A stretch of DNA of 64,000 nt from Phoronis australis. Taxonomy: Eukaryota; Animalia; Phoronida. Shown here one piece after another: positions 56,601 to 64,000 of the stretch; the stretch's first letter is position 1; each line of letters starts with the position of its first letter. Below the pieces are notes generated by a model. It was not told the origin of the DNA and did not search any database. It saw only the letters and a list, made by a program, of their open reading frames with translations. The translations under genes were made by a program, and so were the position numbers. The stretch lies in contig NMRA01000527.1 in NCBI GenBank assembly GCA_002633005.1, forward strand, positions 62,001 through 126,000. The letters run 5' to 3'.

Positions 56601-58404
56601 AGACTAAATGTAGTATAGCTCATTTTCATGAGATAACAGTAAAAAATGACCAGTGCCCAAGACAATAAAACTTTACCTGAGACTCGATTCAAAACAACTC
56701 AGAAATTTCAATTGCAGTGTGCAACATGATTGGACAGTTTTCGTGTCAAATCTCGAGTAAAGCTTGGTTGTCTCAGGCCCACGTGACAGGCAAAAGTCAA
56801 CAGTGTGTCCTCGGCTTTAAGCAAAGAAGACACACAATAAAGCCAGGGAAGGACGTGGAAGCAGAGAGAGGCACCACGATGCGGCAAGGGAGATAATGCC
56901 TGCTTACAGGGGTCGATGGCGACAGCGGTGCACAAATGCCGTCCTCTGTGCTCTTCTGCTGATGCAGTGAGCCTTTCATTTCTTCCACTTCTAGATGGCG
57001 CTCGTGTAGTTGAGTCTGCAGATCTGACTTCTCCTGTACCAGTATTTGAGCCTGGCGTCGCGTCACGTTTGTCTTGCGCCGGATCTCTCGGTTCACCTTG
57101 GTAATGCGATTGATCTGCCCTTGCATCTAAATGGGGCGGAGACAAAATGAGAAAGAACAAACACGATTAACATAAGCCATTAGCCGAGTCGTGAGCGGGA
57201 CCCAGGGCAGTGAAGCGGGCCAACTGAAACTTACAGGGTAAGGAGATGGCTGGACGTGAAGGTCGGCAGCCTTCTCGTGCCGCTCTATCGTGTCTGAAAT
57301 GTGAGCAATTTGCTGCTCCCGCTCCTGTATCTGGGTCTCCAGCTCAGCCTTCTCCACCAGCAACTGCTGGCTTTGAGTCTTGGCCGCCGATGACTGATGA
57401 CGGGCCTCCACATTCTGGCGGGCGATCTTCTCCAATTGTAGCTGCATCTAGAAGATCACATGATATCAAGATGGGGCAGGCGCTGTTATGCCTGACTGGG
57501 TAATACAGTAAAAAAAGTCAGCATCAAGGTATGGTTTTAAAGTGTTCCCAAAAACCCGTTTTACTAGTTTTTGAGGTTTTGGTTCAGTAACACTAAAAGT
57601 TTGTAGTTCGGCTAAATAAGCGAGTCCATAAAAAAATTTGAACTTCAAAAATTGAAAACTCAATTTCTCTGTTTCCTGCAACAAAATGGCAGCAAGGGCA
57701 AGTGAGTTGTTTTTTTTACTTCTGAAATATGCCTAGAAATATTTAATTAAAACACAAACCCCATGATTGAGGGGAACTGAGAAACAAACTCAATGTGGAC
57801 GTATCCTTGACTTTTGCTTCATCGTTTCGATACCTTATGACCGGACCTAATTTCTGCAAATGAAATCACCGGCTTATAAAAGAACTATGGCCTAATTTCA
57901 CAAATACGTGTCACTACTAACCAGACAGGGGAGCAACCAATGGTGAGTAGGATAAACAAGTGGGATAAAACAAAACTAGGATTTGGTAAGAAGACAATCC
58001 CATTTGTTAATCCATAACTGATAATTGAGGTCATATTAAAAAGGTACTCACTTCATTTACGCCAGCAGACTGCTTACATTAACACGGTTGGATGAAGACA
58101 TTAAGCAACATAATTATTAAAAGAAAGATTTTGTCCAAGATATTGATAGAAACGATTCAACAACCATTTACATCCTAGGAGGAATAGTTATCGGCCAAGA
58201 ACCATAAACCCGATTTTGACGCCATCGTGTGCACTTTACCCAGAATTGAAGTTGAAACACAAAGATAGTTGCCATGGTGACTTACTGCCTCCATGTCAAC
58301 AGCTTGTTGTCGTAGTTTCCTGTCCATCTCCTTGATCTGTGCTCGCTGGCTATCCACCGTGTCCTTGAGTCTTGTCATGACACGAGCTTCCTCCTCTTCA
58401 TTTT
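47375..58404 (-). CDS. RILPL1: RILP-like protein (RILP/RILPL1 family), 3' portion; upstream exons probably beyond the window
   Basis: Exons 58404-58286, 57447-57235 and/or 57126-56908, 51726-51545, 50716-50600 and 47696-47375 join in frame. Contains the RH2 motif DLKDPNRPRFTMSELREVLLERNELK and C-terminal PVHGPINREP..KL...ESGIKRFF. Confidence 0.88.
48517..48553 (-). CDS. RILPL1: RILPL candidate alternative last exon (short)
   Basis: Poly-T gcag acceptor, in frame FFEKLIDRLSTD*; minus-strand AATAAA at 47768-47773. Confidence 0.55.
50600..50716 (-). CDS. RILPL1: RILPL penultimate exon
   Basis: SDTDKEVEEQCLPVHGPINREPIEKLYPGYKEESGIKR. Confidence 0.9.
51545..51726 (-). CDS. RILPL1: RILPL RH2-domain exon
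   Basis: VDLKDPNRPRFTMSELREVLLERNELKTKLLEVEEELKIYK. Confidence 0.95.
53676..53717 (-). CDS. Candidate 42-nt in-frame cassette exon of RILPL
   Basis: tgtgctttgtag|EMTEDSAGVIFPLS|gtatgc, phase 0-0; no homology support. Confidence 0.4.
54168..55661. mobile_element. Non-autonomous Tc1/mariner-superfamily-like element
   Basis: TA|ccgtactcgtcc ... ggacgagtacgg|TA, with subterminal gggcggtaagccga repeats. Confidence 0.8.
54625..54802 (+). repeat. ~64-bp tandem repeat x3 inside the element
   Basis: aatgattgacaggtcttctt..tgaatactttgaac three times. Confidence 0.85.
56908..57126 (-). CDS. RILPL1: RILPL duplicated coiled-coil exon, variant B (73 aa)
   Basis: atttag|ATGCAA...CCCT|gtaagc; MQGQINRITKVNREIRR...EKSDLQTQLHERHLEV. 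Confidence 0.82.
57235..57447 (-). CDS. RILPL1: RILPL duplicated coiled-coil exon, variant A (71 aa)
   Basis: ttctag|ATGCAG...CCCT|gtaagt; MQLQLEKIARQNVEARH...EKAELETQIQEREQQI. Confidence 0.8.
58286..58404 (-). CDS. RILPL1: RILPL coiled-coil exon
   Basis: ENEEEEARVMTRLKDTVDSQRAQIKEMDRKLRQQAVDMEA; ttgtag acceptor, gtaagt donor. Confidence 0.88.
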
Positions 58405-60562
58405 CTACAAAGTTCAGTAATTGTCAGTTTTCTTCTGGCTACAAATTAAATAGTCTATACATTAAAGCACTCGGGTGAAAATTTCACAACTTACACGTAT
58501 CTGATCAAAATTCAGAACTATGCACTGCTCCATAAAAAGTTTTGGATGTTTCATGTGGGTTAGTGTCGCTAAATATTGCATTATTGATTGACTCAATTGA
58601 TTATCTTTTGTAGCTACAGCACTTTGCCTTTCACTAGCAAGGTTCCCACAAACATAAAAGAAACAACACAATGTTCAAACAGTCTGGATCTCTGTTAGAG
58701 CCGTCATTATGTTCTCATACACCCAGCAGAGCTAAGCTTGTACAAAAAACAAATCTAAACGTCAGTAAACACAAAAATGTTTTGTAATTAGTAAAATGAG
58801 TGTAAGAATCATTTTCCTTCAAACTGACAAAAGTTTTATACAGACTAATTATCTTGTATTTTAAATATCAGCTAGTCTCATACATGTTGTTTCGAGAACG
58901 TGTAAAACTAGTCACATACATGTTGTGACAAGCATGTGTCAAACTAGTCACATAATGATAGTCTTTGATATATTTTTGATTATGTGTTGTAACTCAGAAT
59001 AAAATGTTTTAAAAAAGTATCGTGTTTCTGTTTTAAGCTTTATAGGAAGAATTTGCATCGAGTAGCAGTGGTGTGCCAGAGAAATTGTACATTTTGATTG
59101 TAATACCTGCATGGCATTACCTCTCAGCCACTTGCACGATTCCATAAAACTCACGAGATCATAACCCATCATAATGAACATACCCTACTAATATCAGTTT
59201 CATCAGGGCTAACGTAACAACATTAAATGTATATTTCATGCAAATCTGTCTTGTGTTATCTCAATAAATAATAAACACATAATTTTCATGAAGTCCGTCC
59301 ATTCTTGAAAGAAAATGGGACACTTGAAAACTCCCGTTAAGCTGCCTGATTACCAGCGGAGGGGTTTTAAGCAATCAACCAAGACATGCTCACAACTCAT
59401 TGGCCACAAAGGCTATCAAACCACCTGCGTTCCTTTGTGTTTGGATAATATTTAATGCAATGCATCATTTTACAAAAAATTTGACGAAGTGTCAATTTGG
59501 TTTGTTCGCTATTCAATCATACCTAGACAAAAGTTAAGGAACCTGCAGTTGTGCATCAAAGTACAAGTACCGACTTTTTAAGTTTCCTCAAATTTGACCA
59601 AAAATAATGACCAAAATAGACATTTTTCAAATGCTCACTGTACTGCCAAAATGTTCAAATTTTCATTGTGCATTTTTGATAACAGCCCTATTACATAAAA
59701 GTTTCAAATAATCAAGTAATATTGCCTTCTTGTTTACTCTGTGTGTTACTGTTCTGCCATACTATGTTGTAATTTGAAGACATTTTACCCTGAGCCTATT
59801 AACTAACCACCAGTGGCCAGCAATGTTAGGTGTTCCTGTGAGGTCAACCATAAAATGGGTGGACTTACTGCATGTCTTCACATATTAGCACACAATATTG
59901 TCGACAAATGAAATTTTATTTTGTCAAATTGCACCACAAAAATAAAAATCAAGAAAAATTTGGTTTGTTACTAGCATGGTTTGTACTGTGCAGATGTTAC
60001 AAAACAACGTTTCGTAAATTTCCTATCATTTGCAGTAATGTAATAAGTCTTTGAAAAATGGAAAAAAATGACAATTTCGGGAATAATTTTTGTGTGAATA
60101 AGCGGAGAAATACAGTATGGTACAACATGCAAGAACTTAGTCTATACCAAGCATGCAGTGCCACACAACAATGAAAGACATGACTGTATGAAACGAAATA
60201 CGATAGCTTTTTGATGAACCAAAGTCTTAAACACTCAGACTGCTCATTTCACTATAAGTCACTGTACAGTTGTAAAAATCAATAGAATGTGCACAGACAA
60301 AGCACCAGGGTCTTTGGAGGAATTCAAAGCTTCGTGTAGTTGACAGCAATACTCTACAACAGACGGGATCTACTATCCAGCAATGTGTATAAAGAATACG
60401 TACTGAACAGGGAGATGGCTTGTAACGGAACAAAAAGATGTGAATTAAACACAGTAGATAAATAGCAATATCAGTGTATTGTCATCAATGTTGTACCTAC
60501 TAAGGCCAATATTTCTACTCAGCTACAGTTTCATCACAAGTCTCGAGTCTGGTCGTAGCCAA

Positions 60563-61147
60563 GACAGTAAGGTCACATGGGACTGCAGACATGACTACGT
60601 TGATAGCATGGTCGCATGGGACTACAGACATGACTACGCTGATAGTAAGGTCACATGAGACTGCACACATGACTACGTTGATAGCAAGGTTGCACGGGAC
60701 TGCACACATGACTACGTTGATAGCATGGTCGCATGGGACTGCAGACAGGACTACGCTGATAGTAAGGTCACATGAGACTGCAGACATGACTACGTTGATA
60801 GCACCGTCGCAGCGGACAGCAGACATGACTACGCTGATAGCAAGGTGGCATGGGACTCCACACATGACTACATTGATAGTATGGTCGCATGGGACTGCAG
60901 ACATGACTACGTTGATAGCAAGGTCGCATGGGACTACACACATGACTACGTTGATAGCAAGGTCACATGGAACTGCAGACATGACTACGTTAATAGTATG
61001 GTCACATGGAACTGCAGACATGACTACACTGATAGTATAGTCAGATGGGACTACATACATGACTACGTTGATAGTATGGTCACATGGCACTGCAGACATG
61101 ACTACATTGATAGTATGGTCAGATGGAACTCCAGACATGACTACGTT
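60563..61147. repeat. 39-bp minisatellite, about 15 copies
   Basis: Unit gactacgttgatagcatggtcgcatgggactgcagacat. Confidence 0.95.
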
Positions 61148-62616
61148 TTATAAAAATGAACTGCATCTAAAGGAAATTCAGTATATACACACTCTTAATG
61201 ACATCCTCACAAACCTCATTCCAATTATGTGCTACTGTAGTAACCATACACCAACTGGGCCTATGAGTTTTAATAAAACAAACCCCTAGGGTCTGTTTCA
61301 TGAAAGTGACATAAGGTTTAAGACTGAAAGTTGGTCTAGCAGTTCCCACTTCACAATTGCATAATAGAGGTTTAGCGGGTAATTATGACACAGTCTAGAA
61401 ATAATGTACAGCAATTATCTGGGTAAGTAGCAGTTATCTGTAAATTCTCAGAGATTTCACATCTTTGCTCAAGTGAGAATTATTTTTCAGAAACGGTTGT
61501 GCAGAGCATAAGAACAAATATCCGACGATAGTCCTAAGTCACTTTTCACAGACCCCAGGGTTCTATCAAGGAGTGTAGTGCACTTAACTCCCTGGTTCTA
61601 TGATGAAGAAATTCTGAGTACTTTCAACCTCAACATAATGCCCTGCAGTTGAATACACAGATAATGAATCATCGAATTGACAAAATCGTGATTTGAAACT
61701 AAAGGTTATGTCGCAATATAGCTTCCCTCTGACTAAACTGAACATGAGATCATATATATGAAGCCCATGGAAGTTTATAATTGCATTAATTATTTCTGGG
61801 ATCTCGTAAATCTGAGATCGACTCAGAACTTGCTTGATTATAATGCTGTCAGACTAAACCCCTGCAAATTGACCGTTACCAACTTAACAGAGAACTGTAG
61901 AGAAAATTAGAAAATAAGTTTGCAACAAAACCATGCACATCAAATTGAATTCGTTTGAATCAAGGTGTTGCCTTTTGAAAAATAGAAAAATTCTCTTTTG
62001 GTAAGTGCTTAAGCAAGCGACACACAAAATACAGGAGTTCACATAAGGTTGTGATCATTTGCTGCAAAAAGTTGTGTATTGGAGGTTCTTGATTATCCAT
62101 GGCCTACTAGCCTTCCCACAATGCATTTCTACTCCTTTTAAAACAGAAAGGGTTCGGCAAAGTACATTAAAAATATTTTCAAGGGTCAATGATTGCAAAA
62201 CTGGATGACTCAACACGGTTATTTTTGGCTACTAGGTAGAGAGCACGATACATTAAACAGTGGACACAACTAATATCATTGCCAAACAAAATGTTACCAC
62301 CTAATGGATTAATCAATACACTCAACTTCTGAAGCATATCTAGATTGAGCCCACAGAGAAGGATCGAATCAGAGAACTGGCTATTCCACAAGGCCACAGC
62401 TAATATGGCCACCAGTGAGGCCACAAGGGTAGTCTATGCCTCCTGGAAAGCACAGGGACCGTGTCAAATTAACTCATGAGTAGAGGGAAGGACTGAAATT
62501 TCATAAATTTCACCTTTCATTATTCTCATGACGGACCAGTCTATAGTACATGGAGTGCGAACTCTATACTTTCCCAATACACGAGATCTGTGACCACGTG
62601 CATAAGCCACATCTTC

Positions 62617-62724
62617 TTTATTCACTATCATCAGTTGCTGAATTGGCCTGCTTTATTCACTATCAACAGTTGCTGAGTTGGCCTGCTTTATTCACTATCA
62701 CAAGTTGCTGAGTTGGCCTGCTTT
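62617..62724. repeat. 35-bp tandem repeat x3
   Basis: tttattcactatca..agttgctga.ttggcctgc. Confidence 0.9.
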
Positions 62725-64000
62725 AATTCTGCTATGTAGGTCTTCTGCCTACGCTTTGTGTCATCAGAGCTTGAATTTTGTAATATTCTACTTCCTGAAC
62801 TATTGTAAAAATTTCTCACGACACGAAGAATTCTACTAAAGGAAGGCGTTGAATGGTTTCTCGAAGCCAAAACTTTATTTTTCTCACTGCTAGACAGTAA
62901 AATAGATACCAGAATTTCCAGTCTGAATACATTAATCGGAAGCATATAAAGTAAGTCGTACCTCCGCTTAGGAATTTCATAAGAAAATATAACATAAGCC
63001 AATCTATTGTCTATGATCTCTGATAACACAATTGTGTGCTCATCACAGAAAAATTTTACAATTGCAATAAAAGTTATAACTTATAATAAACACATCGGTT
63101 ACAAAGCGGAAGTACAGTTCCGAGTATTTTGAGATACACGCTAAAGCATAGTACCATTGAAAAACTAAAGAAAATATTACAAATTTCATCCAACGGGTTC
63201 TTCATCCCGCCTCCGTATTCACACGTGATGTACTTTACTACCACTGGACAAGGAATTTGATTTTGCTACACTTCACTGCTTAGGTACACTTCTCCACTGC
63301 TTAGGTTCTTCAATACACAGAATAAGAGCATTCAAAGTGAAAACTAACACAAAGAAAAGAGCAGGGCACACTTAAATCAACATCAAATCAGTTTCCATCT
63401 GGCAAATCTGTAACACAATAATTCAAGGTTAGCATAAATTCCTAAATGACCAAGACAAAAATGTCGTAGAAATGAGGTAAGGAGCAGAGGATGTTAGGTT
63501 CAGATGATGCATGGAACAGTTAATGTCAGGCAAAAACTACAGTTACATAACCACTGTTACTTCTGTCCTCTGATTGGCTAAAATGCGGTACAATAACTTC
63601 AGTTATGAGGTAATGCCGCCCTGACATCACATGGTGCTACCTATATTCGTGACCTGACCAATCAAACATTGTAAAAACCATAAACCCTGACAACAAAGCA
63701 GGCAGCCATTGACAGCACTACATAAAAGCAGGTAAAAACTAATCTAGTAAGAGACAAAATAAATGATAAACCATTAAAAGTGCATTGAGGAATTAGTCAA
63801 TAAAAGAATAGTCATCAAATCAGAAGACTTTGAATAACTCAAGAACAGTTAGCCATGCGTAACGAGAAACCAACATCACACCTCAGATAGCCCCCAAGGA
63901 GATCCATTTACATGTCAAAGTTCAGAAGGTTTTCTCAAACGAATGACATAGTAGAGATCACTGAGAGTGCTAATTGGAAAAATGGCCTCCACAGAGCACA

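Noticed and set aside
60563-61147. CRISPR-like regular array
   Set aside because: Contiguous tandem units with no unique spacers, in a eukaryotic intron; it is a minisatellite.
62688-63029. Upstream RILPL exon
   Set aside because: No resemblance to the RH1 region; the frame ends in a stop inside a 35-bp tandem repeat.

Overview
This is eukaryotic, AT-rich, intron-rich animal DNA, most consistent with a marine invertebrate; the taxon is inferred only. It holds four spliced genes, reconstructed by hand from GT-AG boundaries and recalled protein motifs. (1) NUDT21/CPSF5 on minus: six coding exons 13630->6050, with the conserved last exon not found. (2) WDR70 on plus: 18 exons, 18142->37576. (3) ALG2 on minus: 3 exons, 42361->38370. 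(4) The 3' part of an RILP/RILPL1-family gene on minus: 58404->47375, with the first exons probably beyond 64000. Introns and intergenic DNA are dense in non-autonomous transposons: TA-, TTAA- and 10-bp-TSD MITEs, tRNA-derived SINEs, a decayed RTE LINE containing a solo LTR, an HSE-rich LTR-like element and minisatellites. The most notable observations are (a) a head-to-head pair of tRNA-headed elements whose tails carry degenerate hammerhead-ribozyme cores (30691-31190), (b) tandemly duplicated, probably mutually exclusive coiled-coil exons plus up to three alternative last exons in the RILPL gene, and (c) a hammerhead/K-turn-like RNA structure just downstream of the RILPL donor that feeds those last exons. 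No searches were run, and coordinates were counted manually.
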